Both the position numbers and the translations under genes were made by a program. Positions 55,692 through 64,000 of a stretch of 64,000 bases of DNA are shown here, in pieces (position 1 is the stretch's first letter; every line of letters begins with the position of its first letter). Source of the stretch: an uncultured Candidatus Poseidoniales archaeon (lineage in GTDB: Archaea > Thermoplasmatota > Poseidoniia > Poseidoniales > Poseidoniaceae). The notes beneath the pieces are model-generated. The model was not told the origin of the DNA. It made no database searches and saw only the letters and a program-made list of their open reading frames with translations. The stretch covers positions 3,580-67,579 of the forward strand of contig CAJJCP010000003.1 in the NCBI GenBank assembly GCA_905182715.1, read 5' to 3'.

Positions 55692-56488
55692 ACATTGAGG
55701 AGTATCATAAATCTGTGGCCGATTACTACGACGAAGAGGCTGAAAGTTTCGAATCCCGTGCGAATGATAATCATGTACTGAAAACGTTGAGGGATACTTT
55801 CCGAACAATTGTCCTAAAGGGTGATGTTGGAAATGTATTGGAAATTGGTTACGGGCCTGGTCTTGACATGGTTTGGTTTGCCGGTGAAGAACGGGTAACA
55901 AAGGTCCACGGACTCGACATCACTCCTGAGTTTCATAAAATAGTCTTAGAGAAAGCGGAAAACCTGCCCAAAATGAATCCATTACTCGGGGGGCCTGAGG
56001 ATTGTTCAAAGAATTTTAAAGAAAACTCGATTGATACAATTTATGTATTCTTCGGCGCCTTGAATACATGCGCTGAATTAGAAAATGCAGTCTCTGAAAT
56101 GGCGAAAGTTCTCAAACCCGGTGGAAAAATTGTGGCGACTTTTGTCAATAAATGGTATGCATTCGACATCATTTGGAATGTACTAATGCTGAGGCCCAAA
56201 AAAGCAATTGCGCGTTTAAAGAAAATATGGGGTGGCTATTCCCCAACTCGCTTTTTAGCATCAAGATGCTATTCCGCCCGACAAATCCACGGTTTTTTCA
56301 AAACGAATCTCAAGAAAAAAACCAGCCATGGATACTGTATTGTCCACCCAGCATGGTACCGCCATCACTGGGCTCCGCACAACAGTTTGAGGAGTAAAAT
56401 TTTCTATAAAATAGATTCACTCCTCCAGTGGACTCCATTTTGGAATCTGGGTGAATACAGTCTTTACGTTTATGAAAAGTCCGAATAA
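55688..56488 (+). CDS. class I SAM-dependent methyltransferase
   Basis: Motif I VLEIGYGPGLD, post-I GLDITPE, LKPGGKIV. ATGA overlap with the upstream gene. Confidence 0.75.
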   Translation: MNIEEYHKSVADYYDEEAESFESRANDNHVLKTLRDTFRTIVLKGDVGNVLEIGYGPGLDMVWFAGEERVTKVHGLDITPEFHKIVLEKAENLPKMNPLLGGPEDCSKNFKENSIDTIYVFFGALNTCAELENAVSEMAKVLKPGGKIVATFVNKWYAFDIIWNVLMLRPKKAIARLKKIWGGYSPTRFLASRCYSARQIHGFFKTNLKKKTSHGYCIVHPAWYRHHWAPHNSLRSKIFYKIDSLLQWTPFWNLGEYSLYVYEKSE

Positions 56489-57348
56489 ATTTCTTCAACG
56501 ATAGCGATTAACCTTCTCTCAGCACCCTGATTTTCTGAAACCATACCCATACCATCGTCCAATTTTATCGAGGCAAGAACAGATTCTCGCATTTGCTTTT
56601 CCATCCTCATTCGTTTTATCCCCCCAATAGTGCGAGTTTGTTTTGATGTGATATTTTTAACGATATTTGCAAACTCTTTTTGTCTGCACCTATAGGTCAA
56701 CTCTGGATGGAGAACTCCACTTTTCGAAGATTCAACGACTTGCCACACATAGTCTGCTAAACCACCCACAGAAACCAACGACATCCATTGTTTCCCATCT
56801 TTTATTATTGGAACCCGGTTTGGCTTTAGATACATTAGAGAGAACCAAGAGCCCAGCCCTATGACCCACGGCGCTCGGATGATAGCAATTTCATGACCCG
56901 CTCTTAGAAACTCTCGAAATGGCTTTTCGGCAATCGAATAAGACCGTGCAAAACCAGTTGGATCTATAGTATCGCTGATTTTTACCAAATCCTCACCCCG
57001 ATGGCCGTAACTCAAACTACCGTTAACAGCTACGATAAATGGTTTAGATTCACTCTCGTGTACTGCTTGAGTCAAGTTAGCAAATGCCGACTGTGCTTCT
57101 TTGGAAACCTTACTACGGTCCACTTCAGTTTCAGCATTTGCGCGTGCTGCAACTATAATGCAGTCATATTGCATAACAATTTGTTGCCAATCAATCCCGG
57201 AATCGAGATAGTCAAATTGCTCGAGTTTAATGTGTTCGAACTCTGGTTTATTTTGATAATATGTTCCTGTTAATTCTATTGTTTCTGGAACCTTTGCAGC
57301 AATACTTCGGCCAATAAAGCCTGATGCACCAAGTAAGAGCACCCGCAT
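56470..57348 (-). CDS. NAD-dependent epimerase/dehydratase family protein
   Basis: MRVLLLGASGFIGRSI Rossmann start at 57348; the track starts at 57408. Confidence 0.65.
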   Translation of the reverse strand: MRVLLLGASGFIGRSIAAKVPETIELTGTYYQNKPEFEHIKLEQFDYLDSGIDWQQIVMQYDCIIVAARANAETEVDRSKVSKEAQSAFANLTQAVHESESKPFIVAVNGSLSYGHRGEDLVKISDTIDPTGFARSYSIAEKPFREFLRAGHEIAIIRAPWVIGLGSWFSLMYLKPNRVPIIKDGKQWMSLVSVGGLADYVWQVVESSKSGVLHPELTYRCRQKEFANIVKNITSKQTRTIGGIKRMRMEKQMRESVLASIKLDDGMGMVSENQGAERRLIAIVEEIYSDFS

Positions 57349-57400
57349 GTTCTTGCGAACAAGTTGTATGAATTGAATTTGCTGGCAAAAACGACTCCAA

Positions 57401-58096
57401 TTATTCAATACTCACTCGACATTCTTGACTTTGCCAAATGATACATGTCGAATCATTCGACACTTGTACAAGCCATTGATCCCAATACCCATATCCCTCT
57501 AAAGAAAGGTGTAATTCATCTTCTTGGTACAATGAACTGGGATTCCCAATGTCCTCAAACCCTTGGTATACATCGACAACATTGAGCGGAGCATTGAATT
57601 CATTTGCAAGGTTTACTGCAAAATCTTGAATGCGGCCATCATAATCTCTGTATTGGTCATGAAGTTCTGTAGTTCCGGGTTCCGGTTTCGTACCCATATA
57701 GGTCACTGAGGCACCGCTTCCGATTATTTTGTTAATCATAGCTTGAAAGTCATCAAAGGTTTCTTCGACAGTTCTATCCTCTGCTAGATCATTTTCTCCA
57801 CAAACGATGACAACATGAATTGGAGTGTATTGTTCTAAAACTTCATCGAGAGATGAAAGCGCATCACTGCATAAAGACCCTCCGTCACCAATGTTCGTTG
57901 AATTTACAAATTGTGAAGTATCCCATCCTTCAATATCAGAATCTCCAATAAATAACCAGTCGGGGGACTCTCGGTCTTCTTCTTGGCCAATACATCCAGT
58001 GAGGCTAGCAGTCATCATTAAGATGGCGAAGAGGAGTGCAAAGGTCGTGTTCATCGACCTCGGTCGTGGTTCTGAGTCGATTAACCCAGACGACAT
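57401..58096 (-). CDS. exported SGNH/GDSL hydrolase, lipobox signal
   Basis: Block I FIGDSDIEG, block III CGENDL, block V DELHLS. Signal LMMTASLTGCIG. Start is 58096 or 58054. Confidence 0.75.
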   Translation of the reverse strand: MSSGLIDSEPRPRSMNTTFALLFAILMMTASLTGCIGQEEDRESPDWLFIGDSDIEGWDTSQFVNSTNIGDGGSLCSDALSSLDEVLEQYTPIHVVIVCGENDLAEDRTVEETFDDFQAMINKIIGSGASVTYMGTKPEPGTTELHDQYRDYDGRIQDFAVNLANEFNAPLNVVDVYQGFEDIGNPSSLYQEDELHLSLEGYGYWDQWLVQVSNDSTCIIWQSQECRVSIE

Positions 58097-58125
58097 CCTT
58101 TCACCCCCAATGCTAAGAAGCAGAA

Positions 58126-59749
58126 TCACAACTCGTTTGGAACTGGAGTTTGGTCCATGTGCAAGAAAGCATAGACAGCCCACCATGTCACAATATCCCA
58201 GGAATGAACGAGATTGGATTCACCGGTTGCATTATCGGTGTTCATGTATTCTTCCATGGTCGTCAATTTATCACAGGTTTTGTGGTAGCATGGATAGCCA
58301 TCAACAACCCCGTTCCACCCTAACGTGGCCACACCAATCTGTTGGAATGAATCGTGGTCACTGCGTGCAGTTGGACTTTCGTAAATCGCCACAGTGTCTT
58401 GGTAATTGTTCTGCCACAAAGGACTCTCTCCACCAGCCGCCCATTCCTCTCGCCCTCGCTCAATTTGGTAAGAGAGGTCAAACGCATCTGCGCCAATCCA
58501 TTCCGCCAAATGATACATTCCGGCTTGGTCGATCACATCACCAGTGCCATCAGGGCCAAGGTACACAGACAGTGCGTAATTTCCAGGATAATTAATTCCA
58601 GCCATATCGAGATTGAGGTAATTGCTCACCGTAACGCCTGCTGGAAGGTCTCCTGCAAACGCACTTGATCCCCACAAGCCCTTCTTCTTCAGAAGACCAT
58701 AAGCAGAAAACCATCGTTCTCCGTGCATCAAAGTCGGCAAGAACCTTTGCGGTTGTGAGTACCATGGAAGAACCTGCAGCATTATCGTATGCTCCAGTAC
58801 GCGTACCATACCCTTGTTGTTCGGTCCCTGGGATGATTGCAGTTGGCGGAGTTGCGTAGGGTGCAACATCGAAGTGTGCTCCGAAAACCAACCACTCATC
58901 TGGAAATACAGTTCCTGTTTTGTATGCGCAAATATTGACTGCCCACAAGGTTCCACTTTGGAACCGATGAACTTCGACATCCAGCCCGTAACCAACCATG
59001 ACGCCTTCGAAGTAGGTAATCGCATCTTCATAGCCAGGATTTCCGTTTCCAATCCAACGGTCGAGGAAACCAACTGCGCCATCAGCAGGGTCGAGAGGGT
59101 CTGATGTTTCGTCGGTGATGAAATCAACCCACTCATAGACGTCTCGGCCATTGAGCCATCCACCGCTTGCACCAACTCCGTTTTCTTCAGAGAGATCAGA
59201 ACGTTGGTCTCGTATTGTTGTCAAATGCTTCACAACGACATCGCCGCCTGTTTCAGGCCCGGGAACAATCCATGGAAGAATTCCACCACCGTCTTCATTC
59301 ATTGAAACAGAGACTGCAGAACCCGTGTTCATCTCTTCACGCCACATCATCCAAGATTCGTCCGCAGCGCGTATTGGCCAGTTCATACGGCCGAATTCAC
59401 CAATGAGGAAAACAACATCATCGTTTCGTGGAGGGAAGAGAATATTCACGGTAATTTCTTGTCCACTTCGAAGGTCAAGAACGGTACCGTTCTGGGCTCG
59501 AAGAGACCCAGGGTCTTGAATAAAGTAAGGAATAAAAACACTCATATCCACATCTGCTTGAAAACTTGCAGAAATCCACTCCCCTCCGGGAATGGCCATT
59601 GAGTCATTTGATGAGCCCCCGACAACTTTGAACGTGAGGTCGTCAGAATCTGGCAATTCACCCCCACCATCTTCTCCGAAACAACCTGCAAATGTTGCCG
59701 AAAACATGAGGAAAACCAACATACCAGCACGAGAATAACTTGAGCGCAT
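58126..59749 (-). pseudogene. exported M28-family aminopeptidase (paralog of 47424..49148), +1 frame change near 58680 as sequenced
   Basis: Fragment 58592..59836 ends FCLWSSEEEGL, then goes out of frame. Fragment 58126..59175 continues WGSSAFAGDLPAGVTVSNYLNLDMAG, matching the paralog. Signal FSATFAGCFGE. Start at 59749. Confidence 0.8.
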
Positions 59750-59896
59750 GTTCGCCCCACCTCCACGGCATTGATGAACACAACGGTTGAAAGTTTGATA
59801 CAGGCATCCTACAACGCATTTCATCTTTCCAGTCACCGGAAACTCGCTTCCAATAAAAGGCGAAGCGTTAAGGGGGGCTGGGAATCCGGTTTACAC

Positions 59897-60705
59897 ATGG
59901 CAACGGTTCGATTGGACCAAAAGAACCGGGCGCTCACACGCGGAATCCCGGATACCTTCGACCGTGCATTAGCTAATTTTTTTGGTACAGGACCCACTGA
60001 TATAGCCTTGCAAAAGAACAACACCGAGCCTATAGACAAGCATTACTTGCTGCAGGAATCGAAGTTTCCGTTCTTCCAAGCGATGATAACCATCCAGATT
60101 GTACGTTCGTCGAAGATCAAGCAGTCGTCATCGACGGCCATGTTCTCCTCCCTGTTCCAGGCCATCCCTCAAGAGTGAATGAACAACCACCGATTTCAGA
60201 ATTCATCACCCGTCAACTTTCTGGGACCAAAATTTGCAGTATGCATGGTGATGCCCGTATGGATGGGGGAGACATTCTTCGTTTGGGAGATCTTTTCTTT
60301 GTCGGCCGCTCATCTCGAACCAACGATGCTGGAATTGAAGAACTTCGAGATCTTCTTACACATCTGGGCCATGAACTTCGCGCCATCGAAATCCCCGGCC
60401 ATGCCCTCCATCTCACAAGCATTAGTTCAACCCCTACCGATACTGTAATTATTGCACCCGAAGGTTTTCTTCCAAAGGATGCCTTTGGAGAACTTCCAGA
60501 AGGCTGTGAAGTAAAATGGATGCCCGCTGAAGAAGTCTATGGTTGCAACACAATCGGTTTGCCAAACGGACAAGTCCTGCTCGCTGAAGGATACCCAACG
60601 GTTTTGAAAGCCATTGAAGAAATGGGCCTTGAACCCGTTCTACTCGATATGAGTCAAATCCGGGAAGCCGACGGCTCTCTCACTTGCTGTTCACTCTTTT
60701 TCTAA
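59897..60705 (+). pseudogene. dimethylarginine dimethylaminohydrolase-like amidinotransferase-fold enzyme, -1 frame change at an A4 run (60012-60015) as sequenced
   Basis: N-terminal MATVRLDQKNRALTRGIP...TDIAL, then the next frame reads KEQHRAYRQALLAAGIEV...PDCTFVEDQAVV, continuing into ORF 60175..60705 (GGDIL, FVGRSSRTN, LHLTS, catalytic DGSLTCCS). Confidence 0.75.
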
Positions 60706-61104
60706 TCACTCAAAACGTGATTCTGGTGAATGTACAACTGAATACCATTGCTTCAATCGTACTACGGCATCTTGCTCATCAACGCAGTGATGTAGATTCC
60801 CCTCGAAGACACCAGTCGAAGCATTATCGGCAAACAATACTTCTTTCTCAGAAGGAATCAAATCGAGTACTTTTGCATGGTCAACATACAAACCAATCTC
60901 AAACCCAAGCCATACTTCACCTTGTTGTGCTAATTCTACAAACATCGGAGAGTAGAGAAAACTTGCTAAATCTTCAGCGGTATGGAATGAACAGAGCATC
61001 GATAAAGTCTCAAGCAAACCCTGTGACTTTTCGGAAAGTGCTGCTGGAGGTTCCCCAAGTGTCTGCGACTTCACCATTGTGAACATTGGCGTAACATCAT
61101 CCAT
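60706..61104 (-). CDS. hypothetical protein
   Basis: 132-aa ORF filling the gap between flanking genes. No recognised motif. Confidence 0.4.
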   Translation of the reverse strand: MDDVTPMFTMVKSQTLGEPPAALSEKSQGLLETLSMLCSFHTAEDLASFLYSPMFVELAQQGEVWLGFEIGLYVDHAKVLDLIPSEKEVLFADNASTGVFEGNLHHCVDEQDAVVRLKQWYSVVHSPESRFE

Positions 61105-61149
61105 GTTTCACCGAAGGGGCGAGTGGCAATAATCCTAACCGTGGCACAC

Positions 61150-61827
61150 TTACCAAGGCAACAGTTCTCCGTCGAATTGTACAAACTCTCCAGAATTTTC
61201 CAATGTTCGAGAAGTGAGAACTTGTCTCATTCCTGTAATGCTGTGTGGGATTTCAACAGGTGCCCGGTCGCCACCCATGTCCGTTTTCACCCAGCCAGGA
61301 TGGAGAATGACAAATGTAATATTATCCGCTACAGCTTCCTTTTTCATGGCGACAGTGAACATATTGAGTGCGGTTTTACTTGCTCTATACGCATAAGAAC
61401 GACCCATTTCACAGTCGTCAATCGAGGCCATGAGGCTGCTGATCATTGCAACTTTCGTGAGAGTAGTATGGTTCATTTTCTCATACAGTGCTTTCACGAC
61501 ACGAACGGGACCAAGTGCATTGATATCAATGACTTCGAGCGCCCAAGCATCGTCAATTTCAGAAAGATTTCTCCATCGTCCATCTGCCACGCCTGCATTG
61601 TTGACAAGAAGGTCGATATGTTCTGGCGCATGCTCTGCAAATGTTGCCACGGATTCGTTTGATTGGACGTCGAGTTGATGTGTTGTTAGGTTTGAACTTT
61701 CAAACGTAGTAAGGCGGCCAAGTTCGTTCCGGTATCCTGCAAACACAGTCCAACCATCATCAAGCAATTGACGCACCCATTCAGCACCTAATCCTCTGTT
61801 CGCTCCGGTGACTACTGCATTCGGCAT
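61150..61827 (-). CDS. short-chain dehydrogenase/reductase (C-factor-like SDR)
   Basis: VVTGANRGLG, NNAG, YRASKTALN. Confidence 0.85.
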   Translation of the reverse strand: MPNAVVTGANRGLGAEWVRQLLDDGWTVFAGYRNELGRLTTFESSNLTTHQLDVQSNESVATFAEHAPEHIDLLVNNAGVADGRWRNLSEIDDAWALEVIDINALGPVRVVKALYEKMNHTTLTKVAMISSLMASIDDCEMGRSYAYRASKTALNMFTVAMKKEAVADNITFVILHPGWVKTDMGGDRAPVEIPHSITGMRQVLTSRTLENSGEFVQFDGELLPW

Positions 61828-61887
61828 GAACGATGGTTCGTGCGGAAGCGAATAAACGTTTGAAGATGAAGATTGAACTTGAACGCT

Positions 61888-62955
61888 TCATTTTCCTCTT
61901 CGGCCGCCGCCTCGACGACCCCCGCCGCCACTCTTCCGTCGTGAACTGCCACCGCCTCGACTTGAACTACCGCCACTACTGCGGCTTGAACCGCCACTAC
62001 TGCGGCTTGAACCGCCACCACTACCGCGATTTGAACCCCCGCTACTGCTGCGAGATGGGCTACTGCCGCCAGATGGAGGTTGGTGATTTTGGACAGGTGC
62101 ATTGTTCCCATTTCCAATATAGTAGTTATTCTCTTGATATCCAACGTCATTGGGGTACCCGTACTGGTTGTTTCCCCAGCCGCCGTTGCGATTCCAACGG
62201 CCACCACTGCCGCCACCACCGCCACCACCGCCGCTGCGGGCTATACCAAATACAACCAAGCCTCCAATACCAAGGACTCCGAAGCAGCAAACGAGGGTAA
62301 TCAGACTTCCACCTGCTGTAGAGGAGGTAGAATCAGTATCTTGCCCATCGAGTGTCGGAGTTGTTGTAAAATCGGCAACTGGAGGATCGACCCATCCATC
62401 GTTTTCATACCAAAAATCATCTATACTCAAAGCCAAATCATCAACTAAGTAATACAGGGCATCAGTCCAGTTTCCAGCAGCCATATCATCATCCACAGAT
62501 TCAGGAATTCTGGCATCCCACTCTTCGAAAACATAACTATATTCTTCTTGCCAAAAGAATCCATATTCGTAGCTCCATTCCCAGGAGCCGGTTTGGTTTG
62601 TCGCAAGCACAATCAACACACCGTCCTGCCATTCCTGATTACCAACACCCCACTCCTCAAATAATTGAATAGTATATTGGGCAAGCGACATATTCGTGTC
62701 GTTTTCGGTTGTATAGTTGTTCGTTGACTCGATGAGCACGACAACAATATCTGTCCCCCACCCGTCAGACAAATCTATTGAAAGTTGTTCCAGTTCCCCT
62801 TCTTCTGTTGAGTTGAGAACACCGACATCGTCGATAATGAATGAGTTATCATCAACAGGGTATGTTATTTCGGCGGTAATTGTTGTAGAAAAAAGAAACA
62901 AACCGACAACAAAGGCAGTCATCAAAAGTCTAAGAGAACTTCGCTTGTAGGACAT
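61888..62955 (-). CDS. TPM-domain protein with TM segment and long Gly/Ser/Arg-rich cytoplasmic tail
   Basis: Signal/TM at the N-terminus. TPM-like core IIDDVGVLNSTEEGELEQL...GTDIVVVLIES. TM LITLVCCFGVLGIGGLVVFGI. Tail GGGGGGGGSGG...SSRSSGGSSRSSGGSSSRGGGSSRRKSGGGGRRGGGRRGK. Confidence 0.65.
   Translation of the reverse strand: MSYKRSSLRLLMTAFVVGLFLFSTTITAEITYPVDDNSFIIDDVGVLNSTEEGELEQLSIDLSDGWGTDIVVVLIESTNNYTTENDTNMSLAQYTIQLFEEWGVGNQEWQDGVLIVLATNQTGSWEWSYEYGFFWQEEYSYVFEEWDARIPESVDDDMAAGNWTDALYYLVDDLALSIDDFWYENDGWVDPPVADFTTTPTLDGQDTDSTSSTAGGSLITLVCCFGVLGIGGLVVFGIARSGGGGGGGGSGGRWNRNGGWGNNQYGYPNDVGYQENNYYIGNGNNAPVQNHQPPSGGSSPSRSSSGGSNRGSGGGSSRSSGGSSRSSGGSSSRGGGSSRRKSGGGGRRGGGRRGK
61941..62054 (-). 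repeat. coding tandem repeat, ~21-24 nt units (cttgaaccgccactactgcgg) encoding SSRSSGG
   Basis: Four to five successive near-identical units visible directly in the sequence, inside the TPM-protein tail. Confidence 0.8.
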
Positions 62956-63037
62956 AGGTGCACCGGAACTCCCTATCTCATAGTGCGTTTAAAATTGAGT
63001 GGGAAAAACACCACTTTTGGCATCTTTTCGATTCTTT

Positions 63038-63892
63038 TTACAATGTGGCGTAGAAGGCTTCGACCTCAACCAATACGTCTGCTTCATGAGCATATTGGTT
63101 CGAAGGCACCTCAATCATGACAGCGTTAGGGATTCGCGCTGTGATGCTCCTTGCAGCATCCATAGCGTGTAATTTATCAGATTGGGCAGCAAGAATTCCA
63201 CAGGGTACGGTGATGTTTGAGAGATCCTTAGGTAGGGAGTAAGCAATCAGGCTGCGGGCAGATGCACGCCAACGAACGAGTTCTTGTTCCCGAACAGCCC
63301 GCCTGTAACGAATGCGTTGCCCTTCTTCCTTTACCTTTTTTTCAATTGCCCGTAAAGTGATGCTTCTCATCAATTTTAGCGCAAGAATTGGTAATGGTAA
63401 TTTTATAGTGATTCGAGCCCAAAGCGGGAGCTTGAAATGTACATTCGGAGCCACAAAGAGAGAACTCTTCGCATCAATTTCTTGCCTCTGTAAGGAATCA
63501 ATGAGCAGGGTTGAGCCGAGAGACGAAGAAAAAAGGTGGAATTCGTTTTTGAGTTGATAGTGGGAAAGCACTTCTGTGATATCTTTGGAAAATCGTTCAA
63601 TTGTGAAATCCTTCGTCAAAATTTTCTTACTGTTAAAGCGGGCACTTGGCTTTTCTCGTGTTTCAATATACAGGACTCGGCGGCGAGTGGCCCATTCGGC
63701 AACCAGAGGCGCCCATCCTTCGAACAGTGAGCCCCACCCAGGAATCATGACAACAGGTTCAAGTTGTCGAAGTGCTTCATCGAATGGTGTCCAAGTAAGA
63801 ACCCGTAGTGAAACGGTATCTGAAACACGAACCCATTCCTCTGAACATTCCGTGCGTGGAAGTTCTACAGCCCCACTCCAATAGTTCTCCAT
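63038..63892 (-). CDS. alpha/beta-fold hydrolase
   Basis: VVMIPGWGS oxyanion region, nucleophile-elbow-like FSSSLGS, C-terminal His region NQYAHE. Confidence 0.6.
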   Translation of the reverse strand: MENYWSGAVELPRTECSEEWVRVSDTVSLRVLTWTPFDEALRQLEPVVMIPGWGSLFEGWAPLVAEWATRRRVLYIETREKPSARFNSKKILTKDFTIERFSKDITEVLSHYQLKNEFHLFSSSLGSTLLIDSLQRQEIDAKSSLFVAPNVHFKLPLWARITIKLPLPILALKLMRSITLRAIEKKVKEEGQRIRYRRAVREQELVRWRASARSLIAYSLPKDLSNITVPCGILAAQSDKLHAMDAARSITARIPNAVMIEVPSNQYAHEADVLVEVEAFYATL

Positions 63893-64000
63893 TCAAGATG
63901 AAATCAAGGTTAGAGAGACATAAGCGTTTAGCCGGTTTGTTTTTTCTTAGCTGAATATACTAAATTTTCTTTCCGCTGTTATATAGGGAGGGGGGCATTA

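Noticed and set aside
14446-60705. Programmed ribosomal frameshifting as the explanation for the many split genes
   Set aside because: There is no shared slippery heptamer or downstream structure. Both +1 and -1 directions occur. Several sites are simple homopolymer runs, and the affected genes are functionally unrelated.
61941-62054. Tandem ~21-nt repeats as a possible CRISPR or minisatellite
   Set aside because: The units are contiguous with no spacers, lie in frame inside a CDS and encode SSRSSGG. No cas genes are present.
61812-62452. Cluster of overlapping ORFs on both strands (61812..62228, 61833..62300, 62080..62448, 62150..62452)
   Set aside because: They are reading-frame shadows of the Gly/Ser/Arg repeat tail of the TPM gene. 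Repetitive GC-rich sequence stays open in several frames.

Overview
Compact, roughly 90% coding archaeal chromosome segment. It is about 50% GC by eye, with one clearly AT-richer island. The gene content fits a marine planktonic euryarchaeon of the Marine Group II / Poseidoniales type. Archaeal markers: a co-directional rplX(LX/eL20)-pfdA-ftsY cluster, GGGP synthase, geranylgeranyl reductase, an aCPSF-type beta-CASP RNase and AlaX. Alongside these are a proteorhodopsin, a SemiSWEET, and many exported hydrolases (S8 subtilase, S15 peptidase, two paralogous M28 peptidases, an SGNH hydrolase), most carrying a lipobox-like signal peptide. Housekeeping genes: purQ plus a PurS-PurL fusion, uvrA, pyrF, a type II glutamine synthetase, a trans-sulfuration PLP enzyme, and a HAD-IIA phosphatase. 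I found no rRNA, tRNA, CRISPR array or mobile element. Best candidate for an undescribed system: a MamK-type actin-family ATPase (23431-24435) followed directly by a 421-aa coiled-coil protein (24530-25795), with no magnetosome context. This could be a two-gene cytoskeletal module. Other points of interest: (1) the rhodopsin has Lys at the proton-donor position (DTK instead of DTE) and Met at tuning site 105; (2) an AAA+ ATPase is divergently paired with a 584-aa orphan; (3) a tail-anchored receiver domain sits next to DUF1844; (4) an LVIVD beta-propeller overlaps the start of an SCO1 copper chaperone; (5) a low-GC surface-glycosylation island spans ~52.7-58.1 kb; (6) isoprenoid-lipid genes co-occur with a membrane fatty-acid desaturase. 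At least nine genes are broken by single-base frame changes, several of them at short homopolymer runs. I read this mainly as sequence or assembly indel error rather than gene decay. All homology calls come from motif recognition by eye; no searches were run.
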